From NCBI GenBank assembly GCA_046597055.1, contig JBKJLC010000083.1, positions 1-64,000 on the forward strand: a stretch of 64,000 bases of DNA, in the 5' to 3' direction. A program made the position numbers and the translations under genes. Under the pieces are notes generated by a model. That model was not told the origin of the DNA. It made no database searches and saw only the letters and a program-made list of their open reading frames with translations. Source of the DNA: Kofleriaceae bacterium (GTDB lineage: Bacteria; Myxococcota_A; Polyangia; Haliangiales; Haliangiaceae). How positions within the stretch are numbered: position 1 is the first letter of the stretch; each line of letters begins with the position of its first letter. Positions 35,217-49,102 of the stretch are shown piece by piece.

Positions 35217-35528
35217 ATGGAAGCGGACGACGAGCTCCCCGAGCTGCTCAAACGGGTTCGAAATCGGTCAACCTTCCTGGTGTTCGTTCGAGCACTCGAA
35301 CGGGATCGACGCGCGGCAGCCGAGCTGGAACGCGCCTCGCCGTCATCGCCGTACGGTCCCGGCGCCCGCGGCTGGGAGAACGGTACGATCGAGAGCTTTC
35401 TCGAGTCGGCGGTGGGCTGGGCCGAGGACGTGATGCCGCTCCGGGGCGCGCGAGCGGCCTGGTTTCCCGCTGCGCCCTCGTGGGCGGCGTTCGCGCGGTT
35501 TCTCTACATGGGCAAGCTCTACGAGTAG
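35217..35528 (+). CDS. Small conserved protein (WEN..I..FLE...W / PSW..FA..L..GK.YE type, DUF7660-like)
   Basis: GWENGTIESFLESAVGWAED and PSWAAFARFLYMGKLYE; family name from memory. Confidence 0.75.
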   Translation: MEADDELPELLKRVRNRSTFLVFVRALERDRRAAAELERASPSSPYGPGARGWENGTIESFLESAVGWAEDVMPLRGARAAWFPAAPSWAAFARFLYMGKLYE

Positions 35529-35977
35529 CCGGACGCCGACCTCGGTCAGAGGGGGCCCGCAGGGTTGAACCCATCTCGATGTGATCAAAGACGTCCCTCT
35601 TTTCCGGATTCTCTGAGCCGGTGCGAAGCGCCGTCGTCGGGCAGCGGGCAGCGGGCAGCCGGCAGCGGGCCGAGCATCGAGTTGCCCTCGAAGCCGTTCC
35701 TCTTTCCGGTCGCCATCCTGGGCGAGGCGGCGAACTCGTCGGGGAGATCGGCCCGGATCTCGGGCGGCTGGCGGAAGTCGCGGTGCCGCGTTGGCCTGCG
35801 AGAGTGGCGCGAGGGGCCACGGGTTCGGCCGGTCAGCAGCGCGATCAGAACGACCGCGGCCACCGCGGACACGTGCGCCTCCCGCGGGCCGGGCCAGGGA
35901 CGACCGCCGACGCATGGCAGGGCGCACGGGCCCGTGGTGGTGCCGGGATGCCGCCTGGCGCCAGCGACCGCGGTGGC

Positions 35978-36703
35978 CTATGGCGCGGGCCCCGGCACCT
36001 CGCGCGGATCGATCGGGCCGTGCCGTCGCCAGCCGACCCTGAGCAGCCAGCTCGAGGCCGGCACCACCGGTAGCGGCTCCCCGCCCATCGCGGCTCCTGA
36101 CGGCACGGTGCCCGGACGCCAGCCGTCGAAGCGGAGCCCGCTGGAGTACGGATCGACCTGGGCCCGGCGCTGGGCGCCGCCGCCGAGGTCCTCGCGATGC
36201 CGCCGCCAGTTGTTGATGACGTAGCAGAGCGCGTGACGTGCCTGCCGCGGCGTGCGGATGACCGTGACGTGATATCGCGACAGGAAGACCTGGCCGCGGT
36301 GTGGTCGCGCCAGCCGGCGGTCGCGCGTGATCGCCTGGTTGAGCAAGCGTGCCGCCGAGATCTCGAAACCCTGCATGCCGCGCGCGAGCGCGCGCTCGTC
36401 GTCGGCCTCGACCAGCAGGTGGACGTGATTGTGCTGGATGCTGATGTGCACGATGCGGAAGTCATGGCGCGGTAGCGTCGTGAGCATCGCGCGACGGAGC
36501 GCCTGGTAGGCACTGCGGCGGCGGAGCCGACCGACCTCGCGGCTCACCGCCAGGACGACATGGACCGGCTGGGCGGGCGTGATGGGCGCGCGCTTGCGGA
36601 CGCGCTGGTGCGGGCGTCGGCCGGCTGCGGGCTTGCGGCCGGCGCCGGGCCGGCGACCGCCGTGGGTCCGGAACTCGAGCGTGGTCTGCCGCGAGGCCGC
36701 CAT
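35978..36703 (-). mobile_element. REP-associated tyrosine transposase (RAYT, IS200/Y1 HUH family)
   Basis: HGGRRPGAGRKP N-terminus, PVHV, SIQHNHVHLLVEA (HUH), RYH, YVINNWRRH catalytic Tyr, DPYSSG. Confidence 0.88.
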
Positions 36704-36853
36704 TCTTGATTGCACCGATATTATCAGGTTGCTGGTTCTGGTCAATGAGCGATGGCAGGATCGCGAACAGCACGGTTTGGCCTCGATCGTGTGCACCCGG
36801 CAGGCCTTGTTCGGGGCGGCGTGCTGAGGTGGGCGGCATGGTGCTCGTGGCTG

Positions 36854-37022
36854 GGCTGTGGACTTGACGCGCCTGTGGAGAGCGCGCCTGCCGACGCGTG
36901 CGCCGCGAGCGGGCAGGGAGCGCCGGCGCGACCCCGCACAGGCGCTTGGAAAGCCGCGCCTTCGGGTCGTGGGCATGCGGAGTCGCGGTTGGTGGGCGCG
37001 CCTTTCCACAAGGCCCACAGCC
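36854..37022. other. Non-coding multi-stem palindromic element upstream of RAYT
   Basis: GGCTGTGG (36854) / CCACAGCC (37015); GCGCCTGTG (36869) / CACAGGCGC (36937); TGGAAAG (36947) / CTTTCCA (37002). Confidence 0.65.
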
Positions 37023-37097
37023 GTGCCGACCCCTCACCCTGATCAAAAACTTTCCGGATCCGGAGCGATGCGGGGAGGATCCCAGCGCGGCATCCCA

Positions 37098-37147
<50 letters not shown>

Positions 37148-37153
37148 GGATGG

Positions 37154-38622
<1,469 letters not shown>

Positions 38623-38626
<4 letters not shown>

Positions 38627-39807
38627 GCGACGTCGAGCTCCGCGCCGTCGAGGGTGATCACGTCGCCGGTGATGAGCTGGACCCGGCCGTGCGCGATCGC
38701 GGCGCCGCCGAGCTGGAGCGGCCCGGTGGCGCGGCCCAGGTGCGGTCGACCCGCGATGAACACGAGGTCGCACGCCAGGCCGTGGCTGGCGAGATCGATC
38801 CGGTCGCCGGGTCGCGCCAGCAGCAGGGTGCGGCCGCGGTCGAGCCCGTTGTTCGCGGTCAGGGTCAAGACCGGCGGCTCGCCGGCGACCGCGTAGTCGA
38901 TCCGGCAGTCCTCGCCGAGCTCGAGCTGGCCGTGATCGACCAGCGGCATCTTGCCGGCGATCGGCATGCCGCCGATCAGCGTGCCGTTGCGCGAGCCGGC
39001 GTCGCGCACGACGAACCGCGGCTGGTCACCGACCTCGACCTCGGCGTGGCGGCGGGAGACCCCGCCGGCCCGCAGCGGCAGATCGCACAGCGCGTCGCGG
39101 CCGAGCCCGATGACCGGCGCCGCGCACACGATGACCGGGCTGCCGGTGCGCGGGCGCAGCTCGACCCGCCCCGACGTGATCAGCCGCGCCTGCAGCTCGT
39201 CGAGCAGCCGCCGGTGCTCGCGGCTGGGCGCGCGGGCCAGCGCCGCCTCCAGCGCGAGCCGCGCGTCATCGCGCCGGCCCAGCCGCAGGTGGACCTCGTA
39301 GTCGGCGAACGCCTCACGCGCGGCGTGCTCGCTCGACGAGCGACGCTCGTCCTCGGCCATCGCGGTCTCCATCAGCTCGACGTGGCCGCCGTCCGAGTAG
39401 GCCTGGGCCGCGGCCGGGAAGTCGTCGAGGTGCTCGTAGGCCTTGCCGGCCTCGCGGTGCTCGCCGCCGGCGGTCAGCAGCGCGGCCGCTTCGCGCACCT
39501 TGTCGTGGTCGCGCCGGGTCGCGATGCCCTCGGCGAGCGCCTTGGCCAGGAGCGCGCGGCCGAGCGCGGCCGACGCCACCCGCCGTAGCTCGGCGTCGTC
39601 ACCGGCCCAGTGGATCGCGTCGCGCAGCGCGGTGATCTCGGCGGCGCGATCGTTGGCGCGGGCGGCGCGGGCCAGGTGCATGCGCACCGCCGACGGGAAG
39701 TCGCCGGCCAGCGCATAGTGCTGGGCGGCCGCGTCGAGGTTGCCGGCCGCCTCGGCGGCGCGCGCCGCGCGGTGGTCGGCGGACAGCCAGCGGCGGAAGC
39801 TGCTCAC
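38623..39807 (-). CDS. TPR-like + FHA domain protein
   Basis: LGRDALCD...GVSRRHA...DAGSRNGT FHA motifs; helical repeat N-terminus. Confidence 0.88.
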
Positions 39808-39830
39808 GGGACGACGGTCACCCGCACGGG

Positions 39831-41189
<1,359 letters not shown>

Positions 41190-41253
41190 CCCGGCTGGCA
41201 GACCACGGTAACGGCACCCGACCGCGGTCGCGGACGGCTATACTCATGCGAGC

Positions 41254-42195
41254 GTGCGTGTCCGCCTCGTCCTGACGGCCTGCTTGCTGGGCGCCGCGTC
41301 CGCGGTGGCGGCTGCGCAGCCGGCTCCGATCGTCGACGATCGGCCGGCCACGCCGGGCGCGATCGAGGCCGGCGCCGTCCTGGTCGCCGAGGGCACCGCG
41401 CTCGGCGGCCAGAACCGCTACGAGCAGGCCCTCACCCGCTTCCTGGTCGCGGCGGATCGCCACCCGTCCGCGACCCACGACTGCCTGGTCGCGCTGGCCT
41501 ACGCGCGCATCGGTCGGCTGACGCCGGCGCGGCTCTGGCTCGACGCCGCGGCCCGGCGCGGCGACGTCCGGCCGCCGTGGTGCGCGTCGACCCTGGTCGA
41601 CGACGTGACCGCCCAGCTCGCCACCCGCGGCTTCGTCGCGATCGAGGTGGTGGTCACCCCGGCCGACGCCGAGGTCTGGATCGGCGACGACGTGCACGTC
41701 CGCGGCGGTCGCACGATCTGGCTGCCGCCGGGCGAGGTCGCGGTGCGCGCGCAGCGCACCGGTCACCAGCCGGTCGAGCGCCGCGATCCGGTCGTGGCCG
41801 GCGCGCGGCTCGTGCTCGACCTGCCCGCGATCGTCGCGACGCCGGATCGACCGGTGCGCGCCGCGCCGCCGCCGTCCGCGTCGCGATCGCGGCTGCCGTG
41901 GCTCGTCGCCGGCGCCGGCGGCGCTGCGCTGATCGCCGGCGGCGTGTTCCACGCGCTGGCGGCGGGCACCCGCGCCGATGCCAACGCCGAGTCGCCGGCC
42001 AGCGGTTCGTTCGCGACCCTCGACGCCCGGTTCGTCCAGCAGCGCGCGGTCGCGCTGTCGCTCTACGGGGCCGGTGCGGTCGGGGTCGGGGTCGGGCTGT
42101 GGCTGGCGACCCGCAGCGGCGACGAGCCGCAGCGCGGCGCCGGGCTCACGGTCGGGCGCGGTGGCGGCGCGGTCACCTGGAGCGGGACCTGGTGA
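41254..42195 (+). CDS. Secreted/membrane TPR + PEGA-like protein
   Basis: Signal peptide, TPR helices, VTPADAEVWIG PEGA-like segment, C-terminal hydrophobic hairpin ending in W. Confidence 0.75.
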   Translation: MRVRLVLTACLLGAASAVAAAQPAPIVDDRPATPGAIEAGAVLVAEGTALGGQNRYEQALTRFLVAADRHPSATHDCLVALAYARIGRLTPARLWLDAAARRGDVRPPWCASTLVDDVTAQLATRGFVAIEVVVTPADAEVWIGDDVHVRGGRTIWLPPGEVAVRAQRTGHQPVERRDPVVAGARLVLDLPAIVATPDRPVRAAPPPSASRSRLPWLVAGAGGAALIAGGVFHALAAGTRADANAESPASGSFATLDARFVQQRAVALSLYGAGAVGVGVGLWLATRSGDEPQRGAGLTVGRGGGAVTWSGTW

Positions 42196-43754
42196 GCGCC
42201 GCCGCCGCGTCGTTCGCCCCGACCCGGCTCTGCACGCGCTGCGGCGCGACCCCGATCGGCGACAGCCGGGTGTGCCCGACCTGCGGCGCGCGCGTGGTCG
42301 AGATCCGCGCGCCCGAGGACGCGCTGATCGGCAAGGTGATCGACGAGCGCTTCGAGATCCGCTCGGTGCTGGGGCAGGGCGGCATGGGCACGGTCTACCG
42401 CGCGCATCAGCGCTCGGTCGATCGCGAGGTCGCGGTCAAGCTGATCGATCCGCGGCTCGCGCGCGAGGTGACCGCGGTCCGCCGCTTCCTGCGCGAGGCC
42501 AAGCTGGCCAGCCAGCTGTCGCAGCCCAACACGGTCAGCGTGTTCGATTTCGGCCAGAGCGCCGACGGCTATCTCTACCTGGTCATGGAGCTGCTCGACG
42601 GGCGCACGCTCGGCACCGTGATCCGCGAGGACGGGCCGTTCCCGCTGGCGCGCGCGGTGCGGGTCGGCGTGCAGCTGTGCGATGCACTCGAGGCCGCCCA
42701 CCAGCTCGGCATCATCCACCGCGATCTCAAGCCCGGCAACGTGCTGGTCCTGCGCCATCCGCCCGGCCGCGATCTGGTGAAGGTGCTCGACTTCGGCCTC
42801 GCCAAGTCGGTGCTCACCGAGGGTGAGGACATCACCGAGTCCGGCCACGTGGTCGGCACGCCGCGCTATCTCGCGCCCGAGCAGCTCGCCGGGCGGCCGC
42901 CCGATCGCAAGGTCGATCTGTACGCGGTCGGCGTGATCCTCGCCGAGGTGACCATGGGCCGCTCGCTGTTCGTCGGCGACGCGCTCGGCGCGCTGCTGCT
43001 CGAGAAGCGCGATCCGCCCCCGCTGCCGGTCGAGGTGCCCGCGGCGCTGCGGCCGATCGTCATGCGGTTGATCGAGCCGGATCCCGAGCTGCGGCTGGGC
43101 GATGCGGCCGAGCTGCGCGAGGCGCTCGGCGCGCTCGGCGCGTTCGATGGGGCGCGGACGCCGCCGCGGGCGCGGCCGCCGGTGGCCGCGTCGGAGATCC
43201 CGGACGGGATGGGGACGCCGGCGACCAGCTTGATCCTCGAGATCATGCAGACGAGCGAGACCGAGGTGAGCATGCCGTCGGTCAGCACGCCGACCCCGGC
43301 GACGGCGGTGTCGGTGACGGTGCCGGCCGGGGCGGGCGCATCGGCAGCGGCATCGGCAGCGGCAGCGCGGCGGACCCGGGTGATCGGGATCGTGCTCGGG
43401 CTGGCGGCGATCGCCGCGGCCAGCGTCGTCGTGCTGTCGCGCGGGCCTGCGGACCGTGCCGGCCTGACGCCGGAGCGTGCCGGTGTGCGGCCGGATCCGG
43501 CGCCGGTGCCCGCGATGGTGGACGCGGCGGCCGAACCCGATGCAGCGCCGGCCGCGGCCGAGCCGCCACCGGCTGATGCACCGCCCGCGACCGGACGCCC
43601 GCCGGACGCACCGCGAGCGCCCGCCTCGGACCGGCCGACGCCGCGGCGCACGCCGCGGGTCAAGCCGCCGCCGCCGACCGAGCGGCCAGGCCCGACCTCG
43701 CCGACCGATCGGTGCAAGCGCACGCCGCGGCCGCCCGAGTGTCCGCCGTTCTGA
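42192..43754 (+). CDS. Membrane Ser/Thr protein kinase with N-terminal zinc ribbon
   Basis: CTRC...CPTC, LGQGGMG, HRDLKPGN, DFGLA, TM helix, Pro-rich tail; GTGA overlap. Confidence 0.92.
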   Translation: MSAAAASFAPTRLCTRCGATPIGDSRVCPTCGARVVEIRAPEDALIGKVIDERFEIRSVLGQGGMGTVYRAHQRSVDREVAVKLIDPRLAREVTAVRRFLREAKLASQLSQPNTVSVFDFGQSADGYLYLVMELLDGRTLGTVIREDGPFPLARAVRVGVQLCDALEAAHQLGIIHRDLKPGNVLVLRHPPGRDLVKVLDFGLAKSVLTEGEDITESGHVVGTPRYLAPEQLAGRPPDRKVDLYAVGVILAEVTMGRSLFVGDALGALLLEKRDPPPLPVEVPAALRPIVMRLIEPDPELRLGDAAELREALGALGAFDGARTPPRARPPVAASEIPDGMGTPATSLILEIMQTSETEVSMPSVSTPTPATAVSVTVPAGAGASAAASAAAARRTRVIGIVLGLAAIAAASVVVLSRGPADRAGLTPERAGVRPDPAPVPAMVDAAAEPDAAPAAAEPPPADAPPATGRPPDAPRAPASDRPTPRRTPRVKPPPPTERPGPTSPTDRCKRTPRPPECPPF

Positions 43755-43790
43755 GCTGGCTGCCTCGCGCACGCCGCAGCCGGGCGGCCG

Positions 43791-45011
<1,221 letters not shown>

Positions 45012-45306
45012 CGCCGCCAGTCTACACGTCGGTGCGTCGCCCGGGCGACACGGTCCCGCGCCCGGTGTGGCCTCGATCCTACAGAAGTCCCGCGGGCGCG
45101 GTGGTCCCGCGCGCTTGCGCCGGGCGCGCCTGGTACGCGCCGTGCTCCAGGTCCGGTCGTGTCCCGGCGCCGTCTCGATCGTTGCCGCTTCATGCCGGTG
45201 GTCTCCGCGGACCGCGTGAGGCTCGCTGCCCACCTGCGCGGCGGCTGACCAGCGCCCGACCGGCAATCGATCGATGTCCTGCTCACCCACTTGCCCCGGT
45301 ATCTTC

Positions 45307-46455
45307 ATGACCCCACGCATGCCTCGCTCACGCCTCGTCGGTTCGTTCGCGCTGACCGCACTCGTGCTCGCCGCCTGTGGCGGCACCGACCCAGACGATG
45401 GCAGCGACGGTGGCGGGATCGACGCTGCCATCCCCGAAGGCGCCGGGTTCACCCCGATGCCGCTCCTCTCGCGCGGCCAGCCGGTGGCCGGTGTGGGCGC
45501 CGAGCTCGCGCGGGCGGTCGACGGCGACTACCACCCGTTCTTCACCTGGACCGCGCCGGTGACCGCGGCCGCGCCGGCGTGGATCGCGATCGATCTCGGC
45601 GCGCGCGGGGCGGGCGTCACCCAGGCGATGGTGACCTGGACCCGCAGCGTCGCCGACTGGGACGCTAGCTCCGAGGCGATCGCGGTCGACTACACGCTCG
45701 CGACCTCGGCGACCTCGACCGACGGTCGCAACGGCACCTGGACCGAGGTCGCGCGCGTGGCCGGCAACACCTTCGGTCGCCGCGCCCACAAGGTGCCCTT
45801 CACCGGCCAGCGCTGGGTGCGCCTCGAGGTCACCGCGGCGGTCGGCGCCACCGTCGAGCTCGACGAGATCGACGTGCACGATGCCACCGCGGGCGCGCGC
45901 GACACCTGGATCTTCCTCGGCGATAGCATCACCGCGATGAGCGTCAACCGATCGCATCCATCGATCGGCGATCACGTGCACATGGCGGCGCCGGCCTACG
46001 ACCCGATGATGCTGCCGGCCGGCATCGGCGGCACCAGCGCGCAGAGCGCGCGCGCGCACCTCGACGCCTGGCTCGACGGGTTCCCCGACGTGCAGCACTG
46101 GACGCTCGCCTACGGCACCAACGACTCCGCCAGCGGCGATCCGCAGTTCGCGGCGCTGTACGAGACCAACCTGCGCGCGTTGATCGAGACCCTGCGCGCG
46201 CGCGGCAAGACGCCGATCGTGCCGCGCATCCCGTACAAGGTCGTCGCCGATCCGGCTCGCGACGTCGTGCCCGCCTACAACGCGGTGGTCGACCGGCTGG
46301 TCGCCGAGTACGGCCTCGTGCCGGGCCCCGATCTCTACACCTGGTTCAAGGCCCACCCCGAGCAGCTGCCCGATACCGTGCACCCCGACGAGGACGGCGC
46401 GGCCGCGCTGCGCCGGCTGTGGGCCGACGCCGTGCTGCCGCTCTACCCACGCTGA
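45307..46455 (+). CDS. SGNH/GDSL hydrolase lipoprotein with discoidin-like domain
   Basis: LAAC lipobox, WIAIDLG...RWVRL, FLGDSIT, YGTND, DTVHP. Confidence 0.88.
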   Translation: MTPRMPRSRLVGSFALTALVLAACGGTDPDDGSDGGGIDAAIPEGAGFTPMPLLSRGQPVAGVGAELARAVDGDYHPFFTWTAPVTAAAPAWIAIDLGARGAGVTQAMVTWTRSVADWDASSEAIAVDYTLATSATSTDGRNGTWTEVARVAGNTFGRRAHKVPFTGQRWVRLEVTAAVGATVELDEIDVHDATAGARDTWIFLGDSITAMSVNRSHPSIGDHVHMAAPAYDPMMLPAGIGGTSAQSARAHLDAWLDGFPDVQHWTLAYGTNDSASGDPQFAALYETNLRALIETLRARGKTPIVPRIPYKVVADPARDVVPAYNAVVDRLVAEYGLVPGPDLYTWFKAHPEQLPDTVHPDEDGAAALRRLWADAVLPLYPR

Positions 46456-46464
46456 CCGCGCCGG

Positions 46465-48375
46465 TCAGTCGGGCAGGCCGCTGCCGAACCGTCGGGTGTA
46501 CTCGGTGGCCAGCGCCTGGCGGCCGGCCTTGTCGCCGGTGACCTTCAGCGCCTTGGCGAGCGCGCGGTACGCCTGCGCCAGCTCGGGGTCGGCCGCGATC
46601 GCGCGGCGCAGCGCGCCGACCGCGACCTTGGGCTGCCCGTCCTGGAACGCGATCACGCCGGCGAGGTACTGCGCCCAGGCCGCGCCGGCCCAGCCCGCGA
46701 TCGCCTGCTTGCACAGCGGCCGGGCCCGCGGCAGCTCGCCTTGCCGCAGGTGCAGGTCGCAGCGCGCGGCCAGGATCCCGGGCGCGCCCTTCCAGCGCTT
46801 CTCGGCCGCGGCGGCCTGGGTCGCCACCCGCGCCGGCTTGTTGGCGTACACGAGATCGAGCAGCTCGCGGACCGCGGTGACGTACTCGCCCTCGTCGTCG
46901 ACCGCGATCTTCCAGCGCCGCGCGTCGGGGGGCAGCCCGTAGCGCGCGCGGGTGCGGCCCGCCCACACCGTGACCGGATGCGGCGTGGTCGGCTTGGCGA
47001 TCGCGGTCGAGCGCGCCGCGGCCCGCTCGGCGTGGGTCACCAACCCGAGCACCTGGTAGACGGTCGCGACCTCGTCCCACACCGGCGCGCGCTCGCCGGC
47101 GCGCGCCTCGACCTGGGCCAGCAGCGCGATCGCAGGCTTGCGGGTGCCGCCGGCGATGTGACCCTGGACCCGCGCCAGGTACGGGCGCGGATCGTCGGGG
47201 CTGATCTCGGCGGCGCGATCGCAGGTCGCCGTGGTGGTCGCGTGGCCGGGGCCGTCCTTGCCGATGTGGACCTCGCAGATGGCCTGACGGAGCTCGGCCG
47301 ACGCGGGATACGCGGTGACCAGCGCCGCCAGCTCGGCGAGCGCGTCGTCGCGCTGGCCCTGCTGCGCGAGCCGCTGGGCCCGCTGGTATTGCTCGTACGC
47401 GCCCGGCGGCACCGGGATGTCGGGGGTGACTGGCGCGGCCCCATCGCCAGCCTCGCTGGCGTCGGCGACCGCGTGCAGGCTGGCGATCCAGTCGCGCAGA
47501 TCGTTCTCTTCCCACCCGCCCCACGGGTTCGACTCGATGAAGCTGACCAGCCGCGCGGCCCGTGCGCGCGCGTCGCCGCCCCCGGTGGCGCCCAGCCATC
47601 CCTCGAGCGTGAGCTGCATGAGCTCGCGGCTCCGGTCCGACAGCTGCGTCATCTTCACGTCGTACGACGCGTGCATGATCCAGCTGGTGTCGCGCTCGTG
47701 CACCGCCCCGAGGGTGTGGGCGATCTCGTGGATGAGGACCAGCCCCTGCTTGTGACGCCGCCGGGCCTGGTGCACGACCTCGCGATCCTCGCGGCTGGTC
47801 TCGGGCAGGTGGCGCTCGAACCGCTTGCGCTCGGTGACGTCGGCGTAGCCGCGGACGACCAGGTGGCGACCGAGCAACCGCGCGACCCCGAGCTCCTCGA
47901 AGCGGGACTCGACCAGCGTCAGCGACGACGTGTAGCCGAGCACCCAGTCGGCGCCCTTGCCGTCGTCGAGCGCCTCGAGCGCGACGAGCACCTCGCGCAG
48001 CCCGACGCCGACCTGACGCACCGGCCACGGCTTCATCTCGGCCACCTCGAGGCGCAGGCCGACCGCCGGCGCCAGGAACTGGTTGGCCTCGTCGAGCTGC
48101 TCCTCGATCTGCGCGCGCCACCGCACGTTCTGGCTGCGGAAGTCGTCGTCGACCCAGATCCGCACGCGCGCGGTGCGGACCTCACCGGTGAACGGCTTGT
48201 TGATCTCGAGCTTGCCGGGCATCTGCCGGATCAGCTCGGTGTCTTGCGCGACCTCGGTGCTGGACTTGGTCCACAGGAAGCACGACGACAGCCCGATCAC
48301 GGCGGTGACCGCGAACAGGACCAGACGCGCGGCGGACGCGAGCGAGACCAGACGCGCGAGGGGCACGGCGTCCAC
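46465..48375 (-). CDS. Metzincin-like metallopeptidase with TPR repeats
   Basis: HEIAHTLGAVH plus Met-turn (WIMHA); TPR C-terminal half; lipobox-like LSSC. Confidence 0.85.
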   Translation of the reverse strand: MDAVPLARLVSLASAARLVLFAVTAVIGLSSCFLWTKSSTEVAQDTELIRQMPGKLEINKPFTGEVRTARVRIWVDDDFRSQNVRWRAQIEEQLDEANQFLAPAVGLRLEVAEMKPWPVRQVGVGLREVLVALEALDDGKGADWVLGYTSSLTLVESRFEELGVARLLGRHLVVRGYADVTERKRFERHLPETSREDREVVHQARRRHKQGLVLIHEIAHTLGAVHERDTSWIMHASYDVKMTQLSDRSRELMQLTLEGWLGATGGGDARARAARLVSFIESNPWGGWEENDLRDWIASLHAVADASEAGDGAAPVTPDIPVPPGAYEQYQRAQRLAQQGQRDDALAELAALVTAYPASAELRQAICEVHIGKDGPGHATTTATCDRAAEISPDDPRPYLARVQGHIAGGTRKPAIALLAQVEARAGERAPVWDEVATVYQVLGLVTHAERAAARSTAIAKPTTPHPVTVWAGRTRARYGLPPDARRWKIAVDDEGEYVTAVRELLDLVYANKPARVATQAAAAEKRWKGAPGILAARCDLHLRQGELPRARPLCKQAIAGWAGAAWAQYLAGVIAFQDGQPKVAVGALRRAIAADPELAQAYRALAKALKVTGDKAGRQALATEYTRRFGSGLPD

Positions 48376-48429
48376 GCTAGCGCGCCCACGCCGGCGGCGC
48401 GAGCGAACCGGCGCCTCGCGCGCGGGTCG

Positions 48430-48906
48430 TCAGGCGGCCAGTCGCGCCAGCAGCGGGTCGTGCGTCATCGGGGTGCCGTAGCGCACCAGCAGCGGGATGC
48501 CGACCAGCTCGAGACCCATGACGTAGTCGTCGCCCTCGTGCTCCTCGCGGAGCCACAGCACCCGGGCCTTGAACCGATACGACAGCGACTGGCCCTCGTC
48601 TTCGATGACCAGCTCGACGCTGTCGCCGGTCTCGGCCCACGGGGCCGACCGGCATACCAGCCCGCCCGGCGCGATCTCGGTCACGGTCACCGCGTCGTGC
48701 AGCTTGCCGCCGCGCAGCACCGCCGACAGCTCGACCCGCTCGCGCCGGAACCGCCGTCCGTCGGGGCCACGCAGGTCGCTGGCCTCCGCGACGAACGCGG
48801 CCTCGAGCCCGGTCAGCGTGTCGATCTCGTCCAGCGTCAGCCCGGCGCCGGTGGAGCACTTCCCCAGCAGCACTCGATACTGGTACACGAGGTCGAGCGC
48901 CGGCAT
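48430..48906 (-). CDS. PilZ domain protein
   Basis: RRFRRERV, EIAPGG, YRFKARVLW, MGLELVG. Confidence 0.8.
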   Translation of the reverse strand: MPALDLVYQYRVLLGKCSTGAGLTLDEIDTLTGLEAAFVAEASDLRGPDGRRFRRERVELSAVLRGGKLHDAVTVTEIAPGGLVCRSAPWAETGDSVELVIEDEGQSLSYRFKARVLWLREEHEGDDYVMGLELVGIPLLVRYGTPMTHDPLLARLAA

Positions 48907-49102
48907 GTCGTGGGATTGAGCAAGGGCGGTGCCACCGCTCGGGAAGCCGTCGCGCAGGCCTAACTGCTGGAAACCCTCGGCACCGTAGGGCCCCCTGGCG
49001 GGTAGGGTGACCGGGTTTTGCGTCACCAGGTGCATGCACGTTTCCCGCACGGTTGACACACCGACACACGGTGAGAAGCTGACGCGGGAGTCGGACAAAA
49101 CC

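Noticed and set aside
35585..35872. 95-aa ORF downstream of RAYT
   Set aside because: No recognisable motif, and it includes a heptamer repeat; possibly a gene relic but unsupported.
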